Assembly: GCA_965214775.1 (NCBI GenBank)
Contig: OZ243974.1
Coordinates: forward strand, 800,001-864,000
Direction: 5' to 3'
Length of the DNA stretch: 64,000 bases
DNA from: Nitrosopumilus sp.
GTDB taxonomy: Archaea; Thermoproteota; Nitrososphaeria; Nitrososphaerales; Nitrosopumilaceae
Below are positions 49,285 through 59,498 of this stretch, piece after piece. The notes beneath the pieces are model-generated. The model worked only from the letters and a program-made list of their open reading frames with translations. It had not been told where the DNA came from and did no database searches. A program made the translations under genes and the position numbers. Within the stretch, counting starts at the first letter, position 1, and every line of letters begins with the position of its first letter.

Positions 49285-49688
49285 CGTTGCAATTTAGACA
49301 TGACAAGAGGGATAATCCTAGCTCCTTAATTCTAGATCTAATTGTATGGAATAAATTTGGAGATTCTTTTCAAGAAAAAGGAAAAATTGACACGGGCGCA
49401 AGCCATACTGTAATACCAGATTATCTGGTCAGCACACTAAAATTGAAAAAGACGAGGGAGGCGATTGTAAAATCTGTAAGCGGGATGGAATCAGAGCATT
49501 TCAACTACTTTGTAGCCATACAAATTGGGGGGATAAAGTTTGATCGCTTTGAGGTGGTTGCAATGCCAAAAGACTATGTTCTTTTAGGCAGGGATTTAAT
49601 TAATTTGTGGAAATTAAAAATTGATGGGCAAGCTGAAACATATTCGATAGATCCTTGGTCGACGAATCCTGATGATGTCAAACAGTAA
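49281..49688 (+). CDS. Retropepsin-like aspartyl protease
   Basis: IDTGASHTVI and LLGRDL motifs. Confidence 0.88.
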   Translation: MTLQFRHDKRDNPSSLILDLIVWNKFGDSFQEKGKIDTGASHTVIPDYLVSTLKLKKTREAIVKSVSGMESEHFNYFVAIQIGGIKFDRFEVVAMPKDYVLLGRDLINLWKLKIDGQAETYSIDPWSTNPDDVKQ

Positions 49689-49740
49689 AGTATGGGGCTC
49701 ATCCACCACCACTGCCGCCTAGGATCACCTGGACGAAGGG

Positions 49741-49860
49741 GTGGCAATATCAGAATGTTGTGCAGTCTTCCCAGAAGTAATCCGGACATTGAATACCTGG
49801 GCGTGCAAAGAATCGTGGCAATATCAGAATGTTGTGCAGTCTTCCCAGAAGTAATCCGGA
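49741..49860 (+). repeat. 46-bp direct repeat spanning a MITE junction (49741-49786, 49815-49860)
   Basis: Exact identity. Confidence 0.9.
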
Positions 49861-49957
49861 AAACGGCTCCGGATTTGAAGCAGACCAAGTTATGACGCCT
49901 GCCGATTCACTTGCCACCATCTGCACAGTCATGAATAGCGTACTTCTGGGAAGACTG
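49837..49957. mobile_element. ISH3-like MITE, copy 2
   Basis: CAGTCTTCCCAGAAGTA...TACTTCTGGGAAGACTG. Confidence 0.88.
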
Positions 49958-50081
49958 TATATGCACATACACACATGTACTGTATGATTTGTTCATCCTG
50001 CCTTTGCATAATAATAAAATGGTACATCCTGTAATTGTACCATCCCTTTATCCTTTTATTCCCATCAGTTTATTTAATCTC

Positions 50082-50915
50082 ATGAAAGTCGCAGTTGTTC
50101 AGTTCAAGGCATCAACCAAAAAGGAAGTCAACTTAGAAAAAATCACATCATACATTTCAAAGGCTGCAGCAAATAACGCAACACTGTGTACGTTTCCGGA
50201 ATTTATGATGTTTTATACAAGTTCAAAACAAACACCAAGGCAACTTGCGGATTTGTCCGAAAAAATCAACGGAAATTTCGTCTCAGGCATAGCACAAGCA
50301 GCAAAAGAAAGCAGGATTCAGGTAGTCGGTTCCTTTTATGAAAAAAGCAGAAAGAAAGACAGGGTCTATGATACCTCCTTTGTAATTGACAAAGACGGAA
50401 AGGTGGTTTCCACGTATAGGAAAATCCATCTTTACGATGCCTTGGGGTTTAAAGAGTCAGATAAGATGGCGCCAGGCTCAAGGATTGCAAAACCCGTGAA
50501 AACTTCTGTAGGAAAAATAGGAATGATGATTTGCTATGATTTGCGATTTCCTGAAATGTCCCGCCTGCTTGCAGTAGCAGGATCTGAAGTTCTGGTTGCC
50601 CCATCAGCATGGGTAAAAGGAAGAATGAAAGAAGAGCACTGGCTAACAATTAACAAGACACGTGCAATTGAAAATGGGTGTTATGTCGTTGCGCCTGATC
50701 AGGTGGGAAACATCTACTGCGGAAGAAGCGTAGTAGTTGATCCTTATGGAAAAATTTTACTTGATATGAAAAAAAAGCAGGGAATTGGCTATGCTGTCAT
50801 CGATTTGAAAAAACTCAAAGACGTCAGAAAAGTCTTGCCTCTCTTAAAGAACAGAAGAACTGACGTTTATCCTACTGCTGCTTTGAAGGCTTGGACTTTC
50901 TACTATCACAGTTAA
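50082..50915 (+). CDS. Carbon-nitrogen hydrolase (Nit1-like)
   Basis: FPE, YRKIHL and ICYDLRFPE motifs. Confidence 0.95.
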   Translation: MKVAVVQFKASTKKEVNLEKITSYISKAAANNATLCTFPEFMMFYTSSKQTPRQLADLSEKINGNFVSGIAQAAKESRIQVVGSFYEKSRKKDRVYDTSFVIDKDGKVVSTYRKIHLYDALGFKESDKMAPGSRIAKPVKTSVGKIGMMICYDLRFPEMSRLLAVAGSEVLVAPSAWVKGRMKEEHWLTINKTRAIENGCYVVAPDQVGNIYCGRSVVVDPYGKILLDMKKKQGIGYAVIDLKKLKDVRKVLPLLKNRRTDVYPTAALKAWTFYYHS

Positions 50916-51351
50916 AGTTTGAGCACTGCCTTGTCCATTTTTGCTTTCTTGAGTATCTGAAAATTATCATTGGCCATTTGCATACTTTGCACGGACTTTT
51001 TGTTGCGCGAAGCTTTGCCTTTTGCAGCAAGGGTGATGATGCCTTACATCCCCCATAATAATTTGAGCATCCAATGAATCTTTTTCTTGTAGTTCTTGAT
51101 CGTATAACCATTAGTTCCCCCAGCTTGCAAACAGGACACGGAACCAGGCCTTTCTTGGGAGAATTTGTTCCCAAGATAATGTATTTTTTTTCTTTTGGGG
51201 ACCAGGACAAGAAGCCGTTGCTGTCAAGATACTGCACAATCTCTTTTTTGAAACTGGCAGTTCCGGCCTTGGTTGTTCTGACAACATGTCGTCTTTTGGC
51301 TGATCTTTTTACCTGAATTGTTGCTTGCGATCTGGATTTTCTCACTGACAT
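50872..51351 (-). CDS. Topoisomerase IA-type Zn-ribbon protein
   Basis: CPVC...FIGCSNY..C; CKVC. Confidence 0.8.
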   Translation of the reverse strand: MSVRKSRSQATIQVKRSAKRRHVVRTTKAGTASFKKEIVQYLDSNGFLSWSPKEKKYIILGTNSPKKGLVPCPVCKLGELMVIRSRTTRKRFIGCSNYYGGCKASSPLLQKAKLRATKSPCKVCKWPMIIFRYSRKQKWTRQCSNFNCDSRKSKPSKQQ

Positions 51352-51407
51352 TTTCTATGACGACTTTGCTAAAACGATTTTTATATGGACTTGGGTCAAC
51401 GACTTTC

Positions 51408-52562
51408 ATGGAAAAGGTTTGCGTTCTTGGTGCCGGAAGCACCAAATATGGCAAATTAGCCGACAGTATTGCCGATATCACCACACAGGCCTCAGTTGCA
51501 GCCATAGAAAGCGCAGGAATTGAGCCCAAGGAGATTGGGGCATCATACATCTCAAACGTATTTGGAGTAGCAGACAAACAAGTCCACATTGGTCCTGTCC
51601 TAATGAGCAGGCTGGGAATTCCCGACAAGCCGTCATTGACAATCGAATCTGCATGCGGAAGCGGCTCAGTTTCGTTCAGGGAAGCCTATGCAAACATTGC
51701 AGCAGGGTTTTATGATTGCCTTATTGCAACCGGTGTTGAAAAAGTGACTCATACTGGAACAGAATGGACTACGACATACTTTGCATATTGCTCGGACTTT
51801 TTCTACGAGGCCCAAGCAGGTGCGTCTTTTCCAGGATTGTTTGCATCAATGGCAAGGGCGTATCTCACAGAATTTGATGCGACAGAAGAAGACTTTGCCA
51901 AAGTCGCAGTAAAGAACCATGACAATGGGGCACTTAATCCAAAGGCCCACATGCAAAAGAAAATCACGGTTGATGATGTAATGAGTTCTGCAGTTGTTGC
52001 AAGTCCGTTGAAGCTTTACGACTGCTGTCCGTTCTCTGATGGAGCAAGCTCTGTTGTTTTATGTTCAGAAAAATTTGCAAAAGAACACGGAGGCGATTAT
52101 GTTGAAGTAATTGGTTCGGGCAGAGGCGGTTCACCTGCCGCATTACAGGGACGTGATCACATGACAACCATTCCAAGCACAAAGATTGCATCAAAAGCCG
52201 CATACAAGATGGCCGGAGTAGAGCCAAAAGATATTGACTTTGCAGAAGTTCACGACTGCTTTACAATTGCAGAGGTTGTTGACACTGAAGATCTAGGATT
52301 CTTTGAAAAGGGGCAGGGCGTTCAAGCCGTCAGAGAAGAAAGAACAAAGTTAAACTCGGATATTTCAATTAATCCTTCAGGCGGCCTTAAATCAAAGGGA
52401 CATCCAATTGGCGCAACCGGGATTGGCCAGGTAGTTGAAATGTATGATCAGCTAACCGGCAGTGCCGGCCAAAGATCGGTCAAGGGTGCGGAACTTGGCT
52501 TAACCCATAACTTTGGCGCAACCGGCGCAAGTTGTGCCGTTCATATTTTCCAGAGCGTCTAA
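51408..52562 (+). CDS. Thiolase (acetyl-CoA acetyltransferase, archaeal SCP-x type)
   Basis: ESACGSG, EVHDCF and KGHPIGATG motifs. Confidence 0.95.
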   Translation: MEKVCVLGAGSTKYGKLADSIADITTQASVAAIESAGIEPKEIGASYISNVFGVADKQVHIGPVLMSRLGIPDKPSLTIESACGSGSVSFREAYANIAAGFYDCLIATGVEKVTHTGTEWTTTYFAYCSDFFYEAQAGASFPGLFASMARAYLTEFDATEEDFAKVAVKNHDNGALNPKAHMQKKITVDDVMSSAVVASPLKLYDCCPFSDGASSVVLCSEKFAKEHGGDYVEVIGSGRGGSPAALQGRDHMTTIPSTKIASKAAYKMAGVEPKDIDFAEVHDCFTIAEVVDTEDLGFFEKGQGVQAVREERTKLNSDISINPSGGLKSKGHPIGATGIGQVVEMYDQLTGSAGQRSVKGAELGLTHNFGATGASCAVHIFQSV

Positions 52563-52563
52563 A

Positions 52564-52929
52564 ATGTCCATCGAAGAGCAAGTCATTGAAAATGCAAAGC
52601 AAGGAAGGCTTCTAACCCACAGATGTACTGATTGTGGACATCTTCATCTCTCGACTGCATACTATTGTAGGGAATGCGGAAGCAAGGGATTTGAGGATGT
52701 TTTGGTTGACGGAAAAGGCACCGTGGCTACCTATACCATCATTACTGTGGCCCCTGCTGGGTTTGAGAAATACACCCCATATGCCTTTGTGGTCCTGAAA
52801 TTAGACGGTGCTGACTTGAGAATATCTGGGTTTATGGAGGGAATCACCACTCCCGATGACCTGCCGGTTGGAACCCCCGCCAAAATCACTGGTTTTGACG
52901 AACGCGGCATTTTGATTCAAAAACAATAA
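52564..52929 (+). CDS. DUF35 Zn-ribbon/OB-fold thiolase partner
   Basis: CTDCG...CRECG plus OB fold. Confidence 0.9.
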   Translation: MSIEEQVIENAKQGRLLTHRCTDCGHLHLSTAYYCRECGSKGFEDVLVDGKGTVATYTIITVAPAGFEKYTPYAFVVLKLDGADLRISGFMEGITTPDDLPVGTPAKITGFDERGILIQKQ

Positions 52930-52998
52930 AAATTTTTGTCCGAATTATTAAAAAAATTAAGATCGATTCTTAATTATTTTGTGTTTGCTGTATCAATC

Positions 52999-53160
52999 AT
53001 GTCTGTTGAAGTTACATGTGGCAAATGCGGTGAAAAGATCACCAGCATGAAAATGTTAAAGTCGCTCAAAGATGCGATGAAACCTTACAGCGGAAAATGC
53101 CCGTCGTGTGGACAAAAACTTTCTACGTCCGAGTTTTCTCTTGACGTTCAGGAAAGATGA
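52999..53160 (+). CDS. Small Zn-ribbon protein
   Basis: CGKCG...CPSCG. Confidence 0.8.
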   Translation: MSVEVTCGKCGEKITSMKMLKSLKDAMKPYSGKCPSCGQKLSTSEFSLDVQER

Positions 53161-53326
53161 CGTCCCAAAATGATCACAGCGTGATCGATTTTCAATCCTT
53201 GAAAATTTTTTGAATATTTTTGATCCTGTCAGGAGAAAACTTTGTTCAATCAACATTCCAATGATCAAAAACTAAAAAAATGATCTGGTCACAAGTCTTA
53301 TTTACCTCCTTTTTTTAGAATCAGTT

Positions 53327-55486
53327 ATGAAAATGAGCAACGATGAGTTAGAACTGAATCTGGAGGATGATCTAGATGATGATTTTGACGAGGAGGAGGA
53401 TGATGATGACGAGGACTCGCCAAAAAGAAGCGGAGTATTACAATCCACATCAAAACGTGTAAGAATGATCTTCTCGGTCATGGCAAGCCCCAATAGAATT
53501 GACATCCTAAGAATTCTAAATTCCAAAGGCCCTTTGACTTATTCTGAGCTAAAATCACTGGCCGGTTTCAAATCTAAAAAAGAGAGTGGAAAATTTGCAT
53601 ACCACTTGAGAAAATTACTGAGACAGTCGCTTGTTGCATTAAACAAGTCCGAAAGGCGTTACACAATTACAAATCTTGGAAAACTTGTCATAAGTTTGGC
53701 AAGACAAATTGAGGAACGCTCCATCATTGAAAGTGGAAAGATGTATGTCAGAACATCACATGAATCCATCGAGGAATTCAATTCCCATAAAATTATTCAA
53801 TCGTTGGTTCGTGAAGGAAGTCTTCCGCTTGAACTAGCACAGAAAATCACTGAAGAGGTTGAAAATAGAATCTACAAATACCAAACAACCTATCTTACGG
53901 GCTCGTTAATCCGCGAAATGGTCAACTCTGTTCTTCTTGAGCACGGTCATGAGGAATACAGGAACAAACTTGCACGCCTGGGCATGCCTGCATTTGATGT
54001 CCAGGAAATGCTTTCGAACCTAGATGACGTAGATAACGGTACTGAAGGCCTTTTATTCCATACGGGACAAAGAGTCTTTGCAGAACGTTTACTGACCAAC
54101 ATTCTTCCAAAGGATGTTGCAGATTTCCACCTTTCTGGCGACCTGCACATAACGAATCCCGGAATCTGGTCCATGATACCTGATACGGTTTTTGTCAATA
54201 TCAAAGAACTCTTGGATAACGGAGTTGATCTTGGAGGAAAATATCTTGATGTTTCGAGACTTCCTGCATCAAAACGACTGGATGAAATCGCAAATTCATT
54301 ATCAATGATAATTTCGCTATTATCAAAAGAAGCCTCTCAGGAAATCGTTCTAGATGGAATGCCACAACTCTTTAGCAAACATTCAAAATCACTAGGAGAA
54401 CTTGAACAAAAGCTTACCAATGCATTTGCAATTGCATCCACTACTTCAAAGTATAACAAGACAAGCACGAACGTTTCAATCAGATTACAGCTAGGGACTG
54501 ACGCAAAAATCATCACTTCAATAATCAACGCATACAAAAACTACACAAAGTTCACACCGCAACCAAAAATTGGTTTGATAATCGATGTTGGAAAAGGAAA
54601 GATTACCGATGTTTCAGCAGATGCTGCAGAAATTATTTCCATTGGTGGAAAAATAATGTTTGCAAAAGGACAGACATCCAGCTATGGCATTACCAATGGT
54701 TCAGCTAAAAGTTCCGGTCCATTGACGATCATACTGCAGTCTGTCTCGATTAATTTGCCACGACTTGCGTTTGAGTCAAACAAGGATGAAACCTACTTTA
54801 GAGCAAGGCTTGCTTTGTTGATGAAACCGGCATTGTCTTCCATGGCATTAAGAAAGAAAGACATTTCTGATCTTACAAGAAGAGGTCTAAATCCAATTCT
54901 TGCAAAAAATACCCAATACATGCAAAAAAGCTCAATATCCCTTGTGATCAATCTAGTCGGACTAAAGGAGGCAGTGTTTAACATACTTGGATTCCAAGAA
55001 AACAGAGCAGGCAAGGGAATCCTGCACAAGGTGATAGAGACTGCAGTCGATGTTGCGGCCAAAAAAGGCAAGGAATTAGGCGATTCTGTGGCTATTTGCG
55101 TGTCTGAGACTGAGGGTTCTGAGAGGTTTACGACGCTAGACGGGGAAAAATATGGCAAAAATTCCGTTCTAATTTCAGAGGAAGGGGATTCCTATTCACA
55201 GGGCATCGTAATTAGCGCCTCAAAAGTAGGCGATTACACTGCAAAAAGTGCGCCTATCTCCGAATGCAACAAACTCGCCAAATTGCTCAACGGGGGCTTG
55301 CTTGTAAATCTGGACATTGACAAAAATGCCAAAGTTGCAGATATTAAAAAGTCTATTGAAAAGACTGCCAAACTTACTGCCTCCTTTAGGCCGGTCAAAG
55401 AGATCGCAATTTGTGGCGAATGTGGCTTCAAAGACAGGCCGTTTAAGGACAAATGTCCAAAGTGCAAGTCGCCATACATTGTCTGA
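53327..55486 (+). CDS. ArsR-type HTH + ATP-cone + NrdD-like domain protein
   Basis: HTH, ATP-cone (F..HKIIQSL..E), HLSGDLHI, SVSINLPRLA and terminal CxxC-CxxC. Confidence 0.85.
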   Translation: MKMSNDELELNLEDDLDDDFDEEEDDDDEDSPKRSGVLQSTSKRVRMIFSVMASPNRIDILRILNSKGPLTYSELKSLAGFKSKKESGKFAYHLRKLLRQSLVALNKSERRYTITNLGKLVISLARQIEERSIIESGKMYVRTSHESIEEFNSHKIIQSLVREGSLPLELAQKITEEVENRIYKYQTTYLTGSLIREMVNSVLLEHGHEEYRNKLARLGMPAFDVQEMLSNLDDVDNGTEGLLFHTGQRVFAERLLTNILPKDVADFHLSGDLHITNPGIWSMIPDTVFVNIKELLDNGVDLGGKYLDVSRLPASKRLDEIANSLSMIISLLSKEASQEIVLDGMPQLFSKHSKSLGELEQKLTNAFAIASTTSKYNKTSTNVSIRLQLGTDAKIITSIINAYKNYTKFTPQPKIGLIIDVGKGKITDVSADAAEIISIGGKIMFAKGQTSSYGITNGSAKSSGPLTIILQSVSINLPRLAFESNKDETYFRARLALLMKPALSSMALRKKDISDLTRRGLNPILAKNTQYMQKSSISLVINLVGLKEAVFNILGFQENRAGKGILHKVIETAVDVAAKKGKELGDSVAICVSETEGSERFTTLDGEKYGKNSVLISEEGDSYSQGIVISASKVGDYTAKSAPISECNKLAKLLNGGLLVNLDIDKNAKVADIKKSIEKTAKLTASFRPVKEIAICGECGFKDRPFKDKCPKCKSPYIV

Positions 55487-55688
55487 AAAGCGTTAATCAG
55501 AAACTAACTACGATCATTTTTCAAAATTTTTTGTTCCATTTCAGATCGACGATGATCGCAGTATTGCGCGCAGTTGGCCGGTATGAAGTCCATAGTAACG
55601 GTGTCAATATTTTTGAACCGAGTTTGAAGAAAAAATTTCAGAATGAGTTATAACTACATTGATCATAACCCCTGCGGGGAGGTTATAA

Positions 55689-58600
55689 TTGGATAATTCA
55701 CAAATAGAAAATACGATCAGTGAGATCCGTAAGCGCAGCGGCGCAGTCACGGTTTTCAACCAAGATAAGATTTCAAATGCCATTTATAGGGCACTGGCAG
55801 CCACCTCTAAAGCCGATCGTGGCCTAGCCGATCAACTGGCAGGCAAGGTAGTTGACAAGCTCGTAGAACAGGGATTTACCAGTTCTAGAACACCCACAGT
55901 CGAGGACATTCAGGACATTGTGGAATCAACGCTGATCGACAGCGGAAATAGCGATATTGCCAAGGCATACATCGTCTACAGGCATGAGAGAAGAAAACTA
56001 AGAGAAGAGAAGATGAAGGTCTTGAATCTAAAGTCGTTGGATCCCGTATCTAAGAAATTTGATTTGAACTGCCTCAGGGTACTTGCATCAAGATACCTGT
56101 TCAGAAACGGCAAAAACGAGATTGTTGAATCGCCAACTCAGATGTTTGAAAGGGTCGCAATCCTGGTAGGCATAGGTGATCTGTTGCATGATTCGCGAAT
56201 CTTTGACAAGTCGGCAAGCTCAAAACAGGATGCAGATGAAGCAAAGTCCTATCTTGAAAAACTGGATGCCTTTGACTACAAGTTCAAAATTGGGAAGCAC
56301 TACCTCAACAAGTGGCATTTCAGATCCCTGATCAACCACTATGTCACTCTAGCAGACAAAGATCAAATGAAAGTCAGCTTCAAAGATCTTCTAACACTGA
56401 TTGCAGAAAAGAAACTGGATGATTGTGCAGATAAAATCTCAGAATACTTTGAGCTGATGGTTTCACAGGACTTCCTGCCAAACTCTCCAACGATGATGAA
56501 TGCGGGCGGAAGATTAGGACAACTGTCAGCATGTTTCGTTCTCGGAATGGAAGACGGAATGGAACAGATCATGAAATCCACGTCAGACGCCGCATTAATC
56601 TTCAAGTCCGGCGGCGGCGTCGGAATCAACTATTCTGATCTTCGCGAAGAAGGCGACATTGTTGCGTCAACTTCAGGCGTGGCATCCGGTCCCGTATCAT
56701 TCATGAACATCATCAATACGGTCACCGAGGTAGTCAAGCAGGGAGGAAAACGGCGTGGTGCAAACATGGGAATCATCGAAGCATGGCATCCTGATGTTGA
56801 GAAGTTCATCACAAACAAGACCGAACCGGGAGTCCTGGAGAACTTTAATGTAAGCGTTGGAATCTGGGAGGACTTTTGGCATTCGCTTGTTAATACGTCT
56901 GATGGGAATTACATTCTACGAAGCCCGCGCGACAAAAAGCCTGTCAAGGAAATCAATTCACACCAATTAATTGATTTGATTGCACTATCAGCATGGAAGA
57001 GCGCAGAACCTGGCCTGATCTTCTTTGATCAGATCAACAAATACAACGTCTTTGCAAAGGCAAGACAGGCGCCATTAAGGGCTACAAACCCCTGCGTTAC
57101 TGCAGACACCTGGGTTGCAACGGTTCACGGTCCAAGGATGGTGCAAGATATCATTGACAAGCCGGCTACAATGTTTCTTGGCGGCAGGACATGGGGTACG
57201 GAGGGATTCTTTTGTACAGGAACAAAGCAGGTTTACTCCCTGAAAACAAGGGAGGGATTTGAGCTAAGACTGACTGCAGACCACAAGGTGCTTACAGTAA
57301 AAGAGCAGGCAAGGTACGGACAGGCCACGCAGTGGAAAAAGGCAAGCCAGCTGTCAAAAGATGACAGGATAATCCTTGATGATTGTAGATTCTACGAGTG
57401 GGATGGCAAGCATGACAAACCAGAAGGCTATGTGATCGGTCTTTTGGTCGGGGACGGCAGTCACATCAAAAGGAGCAAAGTTGCCCTGTCGTCTTCACTG
57501 GGTGGTGAGAGTAGTGGCAACGTCAATGTCAGCGAGCAGGTGATGCAGCGTGTAAATAATGACATGTCATACAGCTCTGACTTTGCAGGATGGATCAAGG
57601 TGGCAGGACGTAAAGAATACGCGTTGCAGCTCCCATCAATAAACAGACTTGCAGAATCATTGGGCCTGTGTCGTTCCCACAAAACCATAACACCGCAAAT
57701 CGAAAAGGCATCATCTGAATTCTACAGGGGATTTTTGCAGGGACTCTTTGATGCAGACGGAACAATAGTTGGAAATCAGGCCAAAGGCGTGTCAGTCAGA
57801 CTGGCACAAAGCGATCTCAGGATACTCCAAGCAACCCAGAGAATGCTGCAAAGGCTGGGCATCATTTCCAAAATCCATCAAAATAAAAGGCCAGAACATG
57901 ACACGATAATGCTTCCTGACGGCAAGGGCAAAATCGGACCACGCCACACAAAGGCACGACATGAACTGGCCATCTCAGGCCAGAACGTTCTCAGATTCTC
58001 ACAAGTGATAGGTTTTGCAGACACTGACAAGATGCACAGACTGGATTATGCGTTATCATCATGCCGCCAGAACAGCCTCAAAAAAGAGAGGTTCACTGCA
58101 ACCGTTCTGGAATTGGTTCCAGAGGGAACAGAACCGGTCTATGACGTAATGGTTCCAGGCGCAAACGCCTTTGACGCAAACGGCGTTGTAGCCCATAATT
58201 GTGGCGAACAGAGCCTCTACCCGTACGAATCATGCAATCTTGGCTCAATCAACTTGGCCAACCTTGTCAAAAGGCAGGCTGACGGAACCTATGAGTTTGA
58301 TTGGCAGAGATACGAAGAGACGATCAGAAAAACAACCCGTTTCCTGGATAACATCATTGACGTAAACCACTATCCTGTAAATGAGATCAACGTGGCTTCA
58401 AAGGAATCAAGAAGAATAGGATTGGGCGTTATGGGTGTGGCCGATCTGCTATACAGGCTTCGAATCCCGTACAACTCCAAAGAGGGATACGAGCTCCAGT
58501 CAAAGCTGTCCGAGGCGCTGACTTACTACTCCATGGAAGAAAGCGTCGCTCTGGCAAAAACCAGGGGCGAATTCCCGCTCTGTTCAAAGACCGAATATCC

Positions 58601-59447
58601 GGAGGGAAAGATTCCCGTGGCCGGATACTATGAGAAGCCAAAAGAGTCCCACTCCTATGAATGGGATGCGCTGATTGAGAAGATCAAACAATACGGAATC
58701 AGAAACGTGCTGACAACGACTGTTGCTCCAACCGGCACGTTATCCATGATTGCAGACTGTTCAAACGGAATGGAGCCTGCATTTGCCCTGGTCTTTGAGA
58801 AGAGAGTCACTGTCGGCAGGTTCTTTTATACGAACAAGATTATCGAGGAGGCACTCAAGGAGTATGGCCTTTACAACGATGAGATCCTTGCAAAGATTGC
58901 AGACAACTATGGCTCCCTGAAGGGAATTGATAAAATCCCGCAATGGATGCAAGACGTGTTTGTTACAGCCATGGACATCCACTGGGCCGATCATTTGATG
59001 GCCCAGGGCGTGTGGCAGGACTGGATTGGAAACGCAATTGCAAAGACAATCAACATGCCATATGACGTAACTGCCGAGGACGTAAAATCCGCATACCTTC
59101 TGGCACACGAACTGGGCCTAAAGGGAATCACGGTTTATCGTGACGGCTCCAGACACAAGCAGGTTCTTCACATGACAAGCGAAAACGCACAAAAGACGTT
59201 TGATGTTTCCCCGAGCAAACACGTCACCGGGTTTGTAACCGAACACATTACCAACCCGTACATCAAATCCCAAGTCAATGCGGCGCTCGCGCTCAGGGTT
59301 CACGACGAAGAGATAGTGGCCGAGCCTCAGAAACAAGAGGAGGTTCCAGAGGATCGCCTGTGCCCGACTTGCAAAAACAACCTTGTCTTTGTTGAAGGTT
59401 GTAGCATCTGCATCGAGTGTGGATACAGCGGCTGCAATTCCGGATAG
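55689..59447 (+). CDS. nrdJ: Class II (B12-dependent) ribonucleotide reductase with intein
   Basis: ATP-cone, PNSP, LSACF, NP[intein]CGEQ and APTGT motifs. Confidence 0.95.
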   Translation: MDNSQIENTISEIRKRSGAVTVFNQDKISNAIYRALAATSKADRGLADQLAGKVVDKLVEQGFTSSRTPTVEDIQDIVESTLIDSGNSDIAKAYIVYRHERRKLREEKMKVLNLKSLDPVSKKFDLNCLRVLASRYLFRNGKNEIVESPTQMFERVAILVGIGDLLHDSRIFDKSASSKQDADEAKSYLEKLDAFDYKFKIGKHYLNKWHFRSLINHYVTLADKDQMKVSFKDLLTLIAEKKLDDCADKISEYFELMVSQDFLPNSPTMMNAGGRLGQLSACFVLGMEDGMEQIMKSTSDAALIFKSGGGVGINYSDLREEGDIVASTSGVASGPVSFMNIINTVTEVVKQGGKRRGANMGIIEAWHPDVEKFITNKTEPGVLENFNVSVGIWEDFWHSLVNTSDGNYILRSPRDKKPVKEINSHQLIDLIALSAWKSAEPGLIFFDQINKYNVFAKARQAPLRATNPCVTADTWVATVHGPRMVQDIIDKPATMFLGGRTWGTEGFFCTGTKQVYSLKTREGFELRLTADHKVLTVKEQARYGQATQWKKASQLSKDDRIILDDCRFYEWDGKHDKPEGYVIGLLVGDGSHIKRSKVALSSSLGGESSGNVNVSEQVMQRVNNDMSYSSDFAGWIKVAGRKEYALQLPSINRLAESLGLCRSHKTITPQIEKASSEFYRGFLQGLFDADGTIVGNQAKGVSVRLAQSDLRILQATQRMLQRLGIISKIHQNKRPEHDTIMLPDGKGKIGPRHTKARHELAISGQNVLRFSQVIGFADTDKMHRLDYALSSCRQNSLKKERFTATVLELVPEGTEPVYDVMVPGANAFDANGVVAHNCGEQSLYPYESCNLGSINLANLVKRQADGTYEFDWQRYEETIRKTTRFLDNIIDVNHYPVNEINVASKESRRIGLGVMGVADLLYRLRIPYNSKEGYELQSKLSEALTYYSMEESVALAKTRGEFPLCSKTEYPEGKIPVAGYYEKPKESHSYEWDALIEKIKQYGIRNVLTTTVAPTGTLSMIADCSNGMEPAFALVFEKRVTVGRFFYTNKIIEEALKEYGLYNDEILAKIADNYGSLKGIDKIPQWMQDVFVTAMDIHWADHLMAQGVWQDWIGNAIAKTINMPYDVTAEDVKSAYLLAHELGLKGITVYRDGSRHKQVLHMTSENAQKTFDVSPSKHVTGFVTEHITNPYIKSQVNAALALRVHDEEIVAEPQKQEEVPEDRLCPTCKNNLVFVEGCSICIECGYSGCNSG
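57093..58199 (+). mobile_element. Intein (369 aa) with LAGLIDADG homing endonuclease
   Basis: CVTADTWV...TADH...GLLVGDG...GLFDADG...VYD...VAHN/C. Confidence 0.95.
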
Positions 59448-59498
59448 ATATCAACAGAATCACAACTTTTTTTTACTTTCCCTTCTTTCTCGTTCTTC

